DNA of 64,000 bases from Candidatus Eiseniibacteriota bacterium (lineage in GTDB: Bacteria > Eisenbacteria > RBG-16-71-46 > CAVPCR01): NCBI GenBank assembly GCA_963823555.1, contig CAWGMA010000002.1, positions 544,001-608,000 of the forward strand, read 5' to 3'. The notes under the pieces are model-generated. The model did no database searches. It was given only the letters and a program-made list of their open reading frames with translations, and had not been told where the DNA came from. Every line of letters begins with the position of its first letter. Position 1 is the stretch's first letter. Position numbers and translations under genes: made by a program. This document shows, one piece after another, positions 54,901 through 64,000 of the stretch.

Positions 54901-56697
54901 GCCCATCAGGTTGTAGATGTTCCAGTAGTAGGTGGTCCGGCTCGATCCCGACTTCCATCACGGCGAGGTTGCCGCAGAAGATGAGGGCGTCGTTGGTCAC
55001 GTACCACTGCGTCATCGCCTCGCCGTGGTCGTGGAAGACGCCGTCGTAGGCGCCGAGTCCGCGGCCCTCGTAGGTCGGGATGCTCGACGATGCTGGCCGT
55101 AGCCGACGCCCCACCAGTAGTCCTCGTCCCAGTAGGTCGAGTTGCGAGCCGCCGATGTAGCCGATCGCGCCCTTGTTCGGCGCCCGGAGCCAGGTCTCGG
55201 CGAAGCACTCGCGCGCACCTCGTAGGAGCTCGTCAGGCAGCAGTTGCCGACGGCGAGGCAGTACTCGCCGGCGTTCTGCAGGCTGTTGACGTTGCGCCTG
55301 GGTGAAGGACGGGATCCGACCAGCGAGGTCTGGCTGCCGTGCGCCGTGTAGTTGACGTAGGCGACGCCGTCGCTCACGTTCTGGACGATGTGCGGCGGCC
55401 TGGCTCCCCGACTGCGGGTAGAGATAGGTGTGGCTGAAGATGCCGTGGGCGGCGTTGAAGTAGTAGGCTCGTCCCGTAGTTGATCTGGCCGTTGGCCCAG
55501 ACCTGACCGAAGCTGCCGTCCATGCCCGCGATCATCACCACCTCGCCCAGATAGCTCGGGATCGGGCATGGTGAACTGGTCGTACATGAGCGTCTTGTCG
55601 AGGATGGCCTGGAGCTGGGTCGGGTTCGTGGCCGAGAAGCGCCCGTAGTACATGTCGGGCACGAGGTCGCGCGTCGACGGCGCAGTAGGGCCGGTCGGTG
55701 GCGTCGCCGCTCGAGGGTGAAGGTCGGCATCTGCGTCGACGTCGCCGACGAAGAGGACGAAGCTCGGCGCCGGCAGCTCCGGGCGTGCGCGTTGTTGTAG
55801 AGCCCGTGCAGCCAGGTCTGGATCTGGTCGGTCGTCGTCCCCACCTCCGGCGTCCCGCGGCACGCCGACGATCACGTGGAAGCCGCGCTCGGTCTTCCAG
55901 TCGACGAAGTCCGGCGAGCTGTCGCCTCGAACTCGGGCGGCGTCACGATCACCATGGTGACGACATCGCGCACCCGGTCGGGGTAGCTGTCGTGGAGACC
56001 GCGGAACCCGGCCACCTGCCCGTAGACGGGCACGAAGAACGGGCTATAGGTGCGCGGCATAGAGCGGCATCGGTCGCGGCGAGATCGGCGTTCTCGAAGA
56101 CCACGCGGAACTCGATCTCCTCGGTGACGCGGATCTGGTTCGTCCGCGGGAAGTACTCGACCGGCGACACCTCCACCCGTCCCATGTCCAGTGCCACGCA
56201 GCCGTCCGCTGGGCACCACCGAGACCAGCTCCTGACCGGCGCGATCGACCTCGTAGCTCGCCGGCTCGTAGACGGAAGGGCCAGGTCGCCGGGTCCGCGT
56301 TCTTGGGCATGCTCTGCTGAGCCGGCATGAGCCGATGGCGGATGCCGTGGTCGGCGAGATCGATCGTTCGGCTCCGGCTCGAGAGGATCTCGATCCGGGT
56401 CCGCGCCCCGACCGGAATCGCGATCAGGCGGTTCATCATCGGGAGCTCGGGTGCTCCTACGGTCTTCGTGGCGTGGAAGCCAGGGATGAGAAGACGCGTG
56501 AAGTCGCCCGCGGGCGTGCCCACGTCGAGACCGCTGAGCTCGCCGACCGCCACGCGGAAGGTGAGCCCATCGCGGCCCTCGGCGACCGGAGTGAGCTCCG
56601 AGGTGCTGCCTGCCAGCGGGATCCGGTGCTCATCCGCGGCGGCAACACTCGTCGAGATGGCCATCAGGGTGAGGACGAGGAGAATGCGCAAGGTCAT
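51912..56697 (-). CDS. Large secreted C25 (gingipain-like) cysteine peptidase with propeptide, carboxypeptidase-regulatory repeats, P-domain and FlgD-Ig tail; many frameshifts in 54700-56300
   Basis: GAPELP propeptide, VLFVGD, YYGRFSA, NYTAHGS (His), GNCCLT (Cys), STYWDEDYWW; DITHTYIGDL P-domain; PNPFNP...ASGLYF. Confidence 0.82.
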
Positions 56698-56996
56698 GTC
56701 GAGCTCCCAGCGGCGCCGGGAACGCCTTGGCATGGAGGAACGGACGGGTGGGACGTGAGGACAACGCAAGGAATGGGCGCGGAAGCGTCTACGCGCCCGT
56801 CGAGCGGCCGCTGGCAGGTGAAGGCATGCACCTGCTCTTCTGCCCGTTTGGGGATGGGCGTGACCTCGCCGCGGGCGGCGAGGAGCGGGAGGAGAACCGC
56901 GTAACTCGATGCTACCAGGCCCGGTGCCGATTGGCAAGGAGACCCGCATGTTGATCCGCCGTTTGCTAGACTGGCGCCACCTGGGAGGTGGATGTC

Positions 56997-57548
56997 ATGA
57001 GCAAGAAAATGAGCCAGCGGCCGCAAGCCAGCGAGTACCCGGCCTACTTCGAGCGCTATATCCGCCTCGTTCCCGAGGGCGACATTCTCGAGATCCTCTC
57101 CTCCCAGATGGAGGAGACGGCGACGATTCTCGGTGACCTGACCGAGGATCGCGCGCTATTCCGCTATGCACCGGGGAAGTGGAGCATCAAGGAAATCGTG
57201 GGCCACGTGATCGATTCGGAGCGGGTGTTCGCCTATCGCGCGCTCTGTTTCGCTCGCGGCGACCGGACAGCTCTTCCCGGGTTCGGGGAGGATGCCTACG
57301 TCACGGCCGGCCGCTTCGATGCTCGAGCGCTGGGTGATCTGGCCCGTGAGCTCCGCCTCGTGCGACAGGCCACGATCGCCCTGTTCGCCGGCCTCCATGA
57401 CGAAGCGCTGCCGCTCACCGGGCGGGCCAACGAGCGCGAACAGACCGTGCGGTCCCTCCCATGGATCATCGCCGGGCACGAGCTGCATCACATGGACGTG
57501 GTGCGGAAGCGCTACCTCTATACCGCCGAGGTTTCGGGCGGCGCCTAG
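56997..57548 (+). CDS. DinB family protein
   Basis: YAPGKWSIKEIVGHVIDSER...IAGHELHH. Confidence 0.88.
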   Translation: MSKKMSQRPQASEYPAYFERYIRLVPEGDILEILSSQMEETATILGDLTEDRALFRYAPGKWSIKEIVGHVIDSERVFAYRALCFARGDRTALPGFGEDAYVTAGRFDARALGDLARELRLVRQATIALFAGLHDEALPLTGRANEREQTVRSLPWIIAGHELHHMDVVRKRYLYTAEVSGGA

Positions 57549-57551
57549 CTC

Positions 57552-58193
57552 TCAGCCGGGAAGTCGAGGTCGCAGCACCGCGAGGATCGCGGCCGCCGAT
57601 GCCGCGACCGGTTCCTCGCCGTCGACGATGAGCGTCGCATGTGCGCGCGTGGGAAGGACGTGACGCTCGTACATCGGTCGCACGTTACATTCCCACTGGC
57701 GGCGAATGGACTCCTCGGTGCGCCCGCGCTCGCGGACATCGCGCGCGAGACGGCGTGCGAGGCAGATCTCGTCTCCGGCGTCGACGAAGATGCGCTCCTC
57801 CAGGTGCGTCCGTAGCGTCTCCCAGTAGAAGGTGAACAGCCCCTCGACGATCACGAGCCCGCCCGGCGCCAGGGGAATCGTGTGCGGGGCGCGCGCGTGC
57901 ACGGGGAACTCGTAGATCGGCACCGCGATCGACTCGCCGCGCGCCAGGGCCGCGACATGCTGGAAGATGAGCTCATCGTCCAGGGCTTCGGGGACATCGA
58001 AGTTCCGCTCGCCGCGGCAACGGAGCTCGATCTCGGCCAGGTCTCGGTAGTACGAATCCAGGGAAAGAATCGCGGGCCGCGTCGTGCGCAGCTCGAGAGC
58101 GAGCGCTTTCGCGATCTCACCCTTGCCGGCGCAGGACGGGCCCGCGATTCCGATCAGACACGGTCTGTCCAGTCGCTGCCGCGAACTGGCCAT
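57552..58193 (-). CDS. udk: Uridine kinase
   Basis: IGIAGPSCAGKG, LDSYYRD, NFDVPEALD, IVEG, RRLARDVRERGR, VRPM. Confidence 0.88.
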   Translation of the reverse strand: MASSRQRLDRPCLIGIAGPSCAGKGEIAKALALELRTTRPAILSLDSYYRDLAEIELRCRGERNFDVPEALDDELIFQHVAALARGESIAVPIYEFPVHARAPHTIPLAPGGLVIVEGLFTFYWETLRTHLEERIFVDAGDEICLARRLARDVRERGRTEESIRRQWECNVRPMYERHVLPTRAHATLIVDGEEPVAASAAAILAVLRPRLPG

Positions 58194-58208
58194 GAGCTAC
58201 GGCGGCGA

Positions 58209-58784
58209 TTACATGCCGAGCGTGGTCATGACCATGGCGGCGCCATCCTGGACCATCTTGCCCTTGGCCACGGCCTCCGCCATGCTGCCCGCGGCGGCCG
58301 CGCTGGAGGCCTCGGTCCAGGCCTGGTTCAAGCTCGCGACCTGAGCCGAGATCTCTTCCATCTTGGCGGCGTCAATGCCCTTGGGGAGCTTCTTGGTGGC
58401 GACGATCTTGTCGACCTGGCTCTGGATGCCGCTCATCGTGGCCGGCATCGCGGCGTTCATGTCCGCCCACGCCGCGGTCAGCTCCTGCTTCCTGGTCGTG
58501 AGCTCGGTCGCCATCTCCGGTGCGCGGGTGGCGATCTCCTGAGCCGCGGCCGCGGCCTCCTTGAAGTTGCCTGCCTCGAAGCTCGCCTTGGCGGCCGCGA
58601 GCGCATCCTGCGCCGCCTGGAACTCCTCGGGCATGTAGGCCATGGCGTCGGCCGACATGTCGTTGAGCGCCTTCTCGGCGTTCTGGATGGCAGTCTGGGC
58701 CAGCTGCTTGTCCTGGGCGCAGCCGGCGATGACGAAGAGCGAAAGGGCGACGAGAATCGCTGTCTTGAGCGAATTCCTGAACAT
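58209..58784 (-). CDS. Alpha-helical lipoprotein (DUF4398-like)
   Basis: IAGC lipobox; Ala-rich helices with YMPEEF..AQDAL..AK. Confidence 0.7.
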   Translation of the reverse strand: MFRNSLKTAILVALSLFVIAGCAQDKQLAQTAIQNAEKALNDMSADAMAYMPEEFQAAQDALAAAKASFEAGNFKEAAAAAQEIATRAPEMATELTTRKQELTAAWADMNAAMPATMSGIQSQVDKIVATKKLPKGIDAAKMEEISAQVASLNQAWTEASSAAAAGSMAEAVAKGKMVQDGAAMVMTTLGM

Positions 58785-59047
58785 TGCGGTCTCCGATTGA
58801 TCTGCCGCCTCGCGGCGGCCTGCGATCTGGATTGAGGGCCTTCGGTCCAGTAAACGGCGGCTCCGCTCCCGGATGGTCCGGGTGGAATCGATTGTCATGG
58901 TCCCGCCTGCTTACAAGGTCAAGCATGCTACATGAAATGCGGAAGCGCGGGGAAGAGACTGTGAATCGCGTGGCGCTCCCGCCGAGGGGAGCGAGCGAAC
59001 GCGGCCCGCCGAGTTCTCCGGAAAGACGCTATCTCTTTGTGTGTTAT

Positions 59048-59836
59048 CTAGTTAGATGAGGTTTCGAGCCATCCCGGCCGGCGCTTGGCGAGGAAGGCGC
59101 CGAGGCCTTCCTGTCCCTCGGGGGAGACCCGAACCCGGGCGATCGTCCTGGCCGCGTGCCGGGCGGCGGCATCCTGATCCGCCCCGTGCGCCAGCATGTC
59201 GCGGATGAGCGCCTTGGCCTCGGCCGCGGCGCGCGGGCCCGACTTCCGGATCTCGGTGACGATCTCCGCGACCCTGGAATCGAGCGCGGGTGCCGGGACG
59301 ATCTCGTGCACGAGGCCCATGGCGCGCGCCTGGGCGGCATCGAAGATCTCCCCGGTCACGAAGTAGCGGCGCGCGGCCGCCGGTCCGATCTTCGGCAGGA
59401 CGAAGGTCGAGATCACGGCGGGCACGATGCCGAGCCGCACCTCGGTGAATCCGAACTTGACGTCCGCGGCGGCGACAACGATGTCGCAGACGGCGATGAG
59501 CCCCATGGCGCCGCCGAGCGCTGCGCCCTCGACACGCCCGATGACGGGGCAGGGACAGCGGTCGATGGCGCGGAACATGCCGGCCATCGCCATCGCGTCG
59601 TGCTCGTTCTCGGCCGCGGTGTAGCCGGCCGACTTCCGCATCCAGTTGACATCGGCCCCGGCGCAGAAGACGCCGCCCGCCCCGGTCAGGACGACGGCGC
59701 GCACGTCCGCTCCGAGGGCGCCGAAGGCCTGCGTGAGCTCGGCGATCACCACCTCATTGAACGCGTTCCGCACCTCGGGGCGGTGGAGGCGCACGGTCGC
59801 TATGCCGTCGGTCTCGTCGATGCGTAGCGTTTCCAT
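59048..59836 (-). CDS. liuC: Enoyl-CoA hydratase, probably methylglutaconyl-CoA hydratase
   Basis: RPEVRNAF, FCAGAD, GGAMGL, EVRLGIVPA, EGQEGLGAFL; directly downstream of MCC beta. Confidence 0.88.
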   Translation of the reverse strand: METLRIDETDGIATVRLHRPEVRNAFNEVVIAELTQAFGALGADVRAVVLTGAGGVFCAGADVNWMRKSAGYTAAENEHDAMAMAGMFRAIDRCPCPVIGRVEGAALGGAMGLIAVCDIVVAAADVKFGFTEVRLGIVPAVISTFVLPKIGPAAARRYFVTGEIFDAAQARAMGLVHEIVPAPALDSRVAEIVTEIRKSGPRAAAEAKALIRDMLAHGADQDAAARHAARTIARVRVSPEGQEGLGAFLAKRRPGWLETSSN

Positions 59837-59869
59837 CGGGGCTGACCTCGGATTGCCGGAGCCTTGTGC

Positions 59870-61477
59870 CTACATGCGGTAGACGGGGGCGACGCTGGGC
59901 TCGACCGGCGCGTTCAGGCACGCGGAGAGAGCGAGGGCGACCGCCTCGCGGGTCTCGGCCGGGTCGATGATGCCGTCGTCCCAGAGGTACGCCGTGCCGA
60001 AGTACGGGCTGCCTTCCCGCTCGTACTTCTCGATGACGGGAGCGGCGATCTTCTCCGCCTCCTCGTGGGAGAGCGTCTTCCCTTCGCGCGCCAGCTGATC
60101 GCGCTTGACCTGCACGAGCACGCTCGATGCCTGCTCGGCGCCCATCACCGAGACCCGCGCGTTGGGCCAGGTGAAGAGGAAGCGCGGCCGGTAGCCGCGG
60201 CCGCACATGGCGTAGTTGCCGGCGCCGTGGGAGGCGCCGATGATGACGGTGATGCGCGGCACGGCGGCGGTGGCCACCGCCTGCACCATCTTGGCGCCGT
60301 CCTTGGCGATCCCACCCTGCTCGTAGCGCTTGCCGACCATGAAGCCGGTGATGTTCTGCAGGAAGAGGAGCGGGATCCGGCGCTGGCTGCAGAGCTCGAT
60401 GAAGTGCGTGCCCTTGAGCGCGCTCTCGGAGAAGAGGACGCCGTTGTTGGCGACGATCCCGACCGGATAGCCCATCCAGCGCGCGAACCCGGTGACGAGC
60501 GTCGGGCCGTAGCTCGCCTTGAACTCGTGGAAGCGGCTGCCGTCGACGAGGCGGGCGATGAGCTCGTGGACATCGTAGGGGTGGCGGGTGTCGGTGGGGA
60601 GGATGCCGTAGATCTCCTCGGGCGGGTAGAGCGGGTCCTCGGGCGGGGCGATGTCGAGATCGACCCGCTTCACCGTGTTCAGATTCTCGATCACATTGCG
60701 GCAGATGTGGATCGCTTCTTCCTCGTCGGCGGCAAGGTGATCGGTGACGCCCGAGATGCGCGAGTGCATCTCGCCGCCGCCGAGCTCCTCGGTCGTCACC
60801 TCCTCGCCGGTCGCCGCCTTGACGAGCGGCGGGCCGCCCAGATAGATCGTGCCCTGCCCCTTGACGATGATGTTCTCGTCGGACATCGCCGGCACGTAGG
60901 CGCCGCCGGCCGTGCACATGCCGAGGACGACCGAGACCTGCGGGATGTCGAGCGCCGACATCACCGCCTGGTTGTAGAAGATGCGCCCGAAGTGCTCCTT
61001 GTCGGGAAAGACCTCGGCCTGGAGCGGGAGGAAGACGCCCCCCGAATCGACGAGGTAGATCGTCGGCAGGCGGTTGTCGAGCGCGATCTCCTGGGCCCGG
61101 ATGTGCTTCTTGATGGTCTCGGGGAAGTAGGTGCCGCCCTTCACCGTGGCGTCGTTGGCAACGATCATGCACTCGCGCCCGGCAACGAGCCCGACCCCGG
61201 TGACGATCCCGGCCGCCGGCACCTCGCCCTTGTGAAGGCCATTGGCGGCGAGGGCCGAGAGCTCGAGGAACGGTGTTCCGGGATCGACGAGGCGCTCGAT
61301 CCGCTCGTGCGGCATGAGCTTGCCGCGCTTGCGGTGGAGGGCGACGGCGGTCTCGGGGCCGCCCTGGCGGGCCTTCGCGATCCGCTCGCGGAGCTCGGCA
61401 GCGAGTTTCCGGTGGTGATCGGTGCTCGCCTTGAACTCGGGCGAGCTGGTCGAGATGTGACTCTGTATTGTATCCAC
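59870..61477 (-). CDS. liuB: Methylcrotonyl-CoA carboxylase, carboxyltransferase subunit
   Basis: [49 protein letters not shown]. Confidence 0.93.
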   Translation of the reverse strand: MDTIQSHISTSSPEFKASTDHHRKLAAELRERIAKARQGGPETAVALHRKRGKLMPHERIERLVDPGTPFLELSALAANGLHKGEVPAAGIVTGVGLVAGRECMIVANDATVKGGTYFPETIKKHIRAQEIALDNRLPTIYLVDSGGVFLPLQAEVFPDKEHFGRIFYNQAVMSALDIPQVSVVLGMCTAGGAYVPAMSDENIIVKGQGTIYLGGPPLVKAATGEEVTTEELGGGEMHSRISGVTDHLAADEEEAIHICRNVIENLNTVKRVDLDIAPPEDPLYPPEEIYGILPTDTRHPYDVHELIARLVDGSRFHEFKASYGPTLVTGFARWMGYPVGIVANNGVLFSESALKGTHFIELCSQRRIPLLFLQNITGFMVGKRYEQGGIAKDGAKMVQAVATAAVPRITVIIGASHGAGNYAMCGRGYRPRFLFTWPNARVSVMGAEQASSVLVQVKRDQLAREGKTLSHEEAEKIAAPVIEKYEREGSPYFGTAYLWDDGIIDPAETREAVALALSACLNAPVEPSVAPVYRM

Positions 61478-61588
61478 GGCGCGTTCTTAGCAGAGGCGAG
61501 GGCGCGCGGCAACGGGGAAAGGCGGCGGGCCGGGCGTGGCGCTGGAATGGCTCGTCGCGCCGCTCCGGACAGCGGCGGGGAGATCGTC

Positions 61589-62263
61589 ATGAGATTAACG
61601 CGGAAATGCCGGCTGATCGTGCTGCTTGCCCTCGGTCTTCTTCAAGCGATGCCGGTCCTGGCGCAGGAGCACCAGCACCACCAGGAGGGCGGAGCGCCCG
61701 ATGATGGGGACGCATGCGAGCGCAACCGCTGGATGTGGCAGCTCCCGGAGCAGGTGATGGCGGCGATCGGCGTCGCGCCCGGCATGGTCGTCGCCGATGT
61801 CGGGGCGGGGACGGGGTACTTCACCTTCCGCCTGGCCGAGAAGGTGGGAGGGGATGGGCTCGTCTACGCCAACGAGATCGACGAGGAAGCGCTCGAGGTG
61901 ATTCGCGTGCGCGCGGAGAAGGAGAAGGTCGCCACCGTCCGTGTTGTCCTGGGTACGCCCGAGGATGCGGCGCTACCGGATTCCACCTTCGATCGCATTC
62001 TCCTCGTGAACGTCATCCATCTCGTCGAGAAGCCGGTGGAGTTCCTTGCCGGCTTGCGTCAGGACCTCAAGCCGGGGGGTCAGCTCGTGCTCGTCCAGTG
62101 GGACGCCCACAAGCTGGCCCGGGAGATGCCGGGGGCGCGTCCCGAAGGGGAGCTCGAGGAGTACCTGACCGCGGACACCCTCGCCGAGATGAAGGCGGCC
62201 GGCTTCGAGATCGCGGCGGTGCACGATTTCCTTCCGCTTCAGGAGGTCATCGTCGGGCGCTAG
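61589..62263 (+). CDS. Class I SAM-dependent methyltransferase with N-terminal signal peptide
   Basis: WQLPEQV, VADVGAGTGYFT, YANEID, LKPGG; hydrophobic N-terminus ending VLA-Q. Confidence 0.85.
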   Translation: MRLTRKCRLIVLLALGLLQAMPVLAQEHQHHQEGGAPDDGDACERNRWMWQLPEQVMAAIGVAPGMVVADVGAGTGYFTFRLAEKVGGDGLVYANEIDEEALEVIRVRAEKEKVATVRVVLGTPEDAALPDSTFDRILLVNVIHLVEKPVEFLAGLRQDLKPGGQLVLVQWDAHKLAREMPGARPEGELEEYLTADTLAEMKAAGFEIAAVHDFLPLQEVIVGR

Positions 62264-62331
62264 ACGGTGGTACAATCCGCGAGCGTCGTCCCCACGTCCG
62301 GCACTCCCCGTGCCAGAGAGGGCAATCCAAG

Positions 62332-63075
62332 ATGACCGGCCGTTCTCCCCGCCTCCCGGGCGCGCCTGCCGGCGCGGCCCGCCTTCTTGCGTTCGCGTGT
62401 CTCGCTCTCCTTGTTTCCGCTGAAACATCGGCCGAGGAGATCCTCTTCTCGCCGTCGCGTCAGGTCTATGCGGAGGGTGGCGGGCTCGTCGCCGTCGCCG
62501 ACATGAACTTCGACGGGGTGCTTCGGCCGGGGCGACGGCACCTTCGAGCCCGCGCGCATCTCCTACGGGGCGGGGGACGCGATCGGCGGCCTCGCCGCCG
62601 GCGACTTCGATGGCGATGGGATCACCGATCTCGTCGCCGGTTGCCTCAAGTCGGAGAGCAACTACGCCGCGATCCTTCGCGGCCGCTTCCGCTCTCCGAA
62701 CGCCGTCGAGATCTCGACCTTCCTCGCCGACCCGGTCCCCGAGGGCGTGCTCGTCACCTGGTCCACCGCCTTCGAGTCCGATCACGCCGGATTCCATGTG
62801 CATCGCTCGCCGCGCCGCGATGGCGAGCGGCGGCGCCTCACCACCAGCATGATCGCACCCGGTGGACCCTATCGCTTCCTCGATCCCAGCCCGCCCGCGA
62901 ACGCTGAGTCCTTCTACTGGCTCGAGGCGATCGATCTCCGCGGTGACACGGAGTGGTTCGGACCCGCGACCGCGAGCTGGACGGCGCCCGCCCGCGAGAG
63001 CCGGTTCATCGCGAGCGGACCGAACCCGTTCCGCGCCGATCGCGGTCCGGCCGAGATCCGGTTCGAGCTCGTGGC
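62332..63075 (+). pseudogene. Remnant of an FG-GAP/VCBS-repeat secreted protein with truncated CTD
   Basis: Signal peptide, ADMNFDG then a frame change to GRGDGTF...GDFDGDGITDL; WSTAFESDHAGFHVHRS; GPNPF...IRFEL, then similarity stops. Confidence 0.6.
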
Positions 63076-63186
63076 GGTTTCAACGCAGCCCGGTAGCCTC
63101 CCGGAAGGCCCGCCCGGAGCCCACTTTCCCCGGCGGGCGCGACGTGGCACAATCGTCGCCCGCGTCTTTTCCAGTGGAGGTTCGCC

Positions 63187-63827
63187 ATGTCGCCCAAGTT
63201 CCCCGTTCTGCGCACCATCATCGCTGCCGCGGTCGTGGGTTTGCTCGTCGCGGCCGTCGTCGGCGTACTCACCGCCAACGCGCTCGGGCTCGCCCCGAGC
63301 GTGAACGCCATCTTCTCCGGTCCGGCGAGCCCGGCGGCGATGGCGGCGGGGCTCCTCGCCTTCGGCGGGGTGGTGCTCGTCGCCTGGCTCGACTTCGCGG
63401 GGGCGACGGCGCGCACCGCGGTCAAGCCGGGAGAGAAGGTCGTGCGCCGTGATCCGGCGGTCGCCCTCCTCGCCATCCTGCAGCGCGAGGGCCGGCTCGT
63501 CGATTTCCTGCGCGAGGACATCGCGGCCTATCCGGACGCGCAGGTGGGGGCGGCGGTGCGCGCGATCCATGCGAGCTGCCGCAAGGTGCTCGACGAGCAC
63601 ATGGCCCTCGAGCCCGTGCGCCCGGAGGACGAGGGGGCGCGGGTCCTCGTCGAGCGCGACTTCGACGCCTCCGCCATCCGCCTGACCGGCAACGTGAGCG
63701 GCAAGCCGCCGTTCCGCGGTGTCCTCCGCCACCGCGGCTGGCGCACGCGCCGGATCGATCTGCCCGCCGATCCGCTCGGACAGGATCCCTCGATCGTGGC
63801 CCCGGCCGAGGTCGAGATCGGTTCGTG

Positions 63828-63828
<1 letters not shown>
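63187..63828 (+). CDS. DUF2760 domain membrane protein
   Basis: LLAILQREGRLVDFLRED...VGAAVR...IRLTGNV.G.PPFRG.LRHRGW...APAEVE. Confidence 0.85.

Positions 63829-64000
<172 letters not shown>

Overview
GC-rich bacterial window with no rRNA, tRNA, CRISPR array, integrase or transposase that I can recognise. About ten secreted proteins end in a FlgD-Ig/T9SS-like C-terminal domain and one ends in a TWGxIKxxY tail. From that I infer an Eisenbacteria/Krumholzibacteriota/Latescibacterota-like genome, probably a MAG. Scattered 1-bp frameshifts look like assembly errors. Housekeeping content: Ca/Na antiporter (partial), MacA plus two MacB-type permeases, an HAO-family octaheme cytochrome, udk, and DUF2760-Hsp70. 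A leucine-catabolic liu set is split into liuB-liuC (59-61 kb) and liuD(BC+BCCP)-liuE (5.7-8.5 kb). The roughly 50 kb between the halves is mostly accessory: beta-helix, beta-propeller, M28, M14 and C25 secreted proteins, a carbamoyltransferase-SxtJ-SxtK-SGNH module and two DUF3857 transglutaminase-like genes. It also holds a lower-GC ECF sigma / receptor Ser-Thr kinase / LamG block, an ECF sigma / degenerate Clp AAA+ / PcfJ-like operon and a small toxin-antitoxin-like pair. The best candidates for something new are (1) a 27-bp-period array of a parS-like 16-mer, TGTTTCCGCTGAAACA, with dispersed copies, (2) the sigma-ClpB-like-PcfJ module, (3) a kinase-linked ECF with acidic residues at the usual phosphosite next to a kinase of reversed domain order, and (4) the C-terminal sorting motifs. 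All family assignments are from motif recognition, not database searches.
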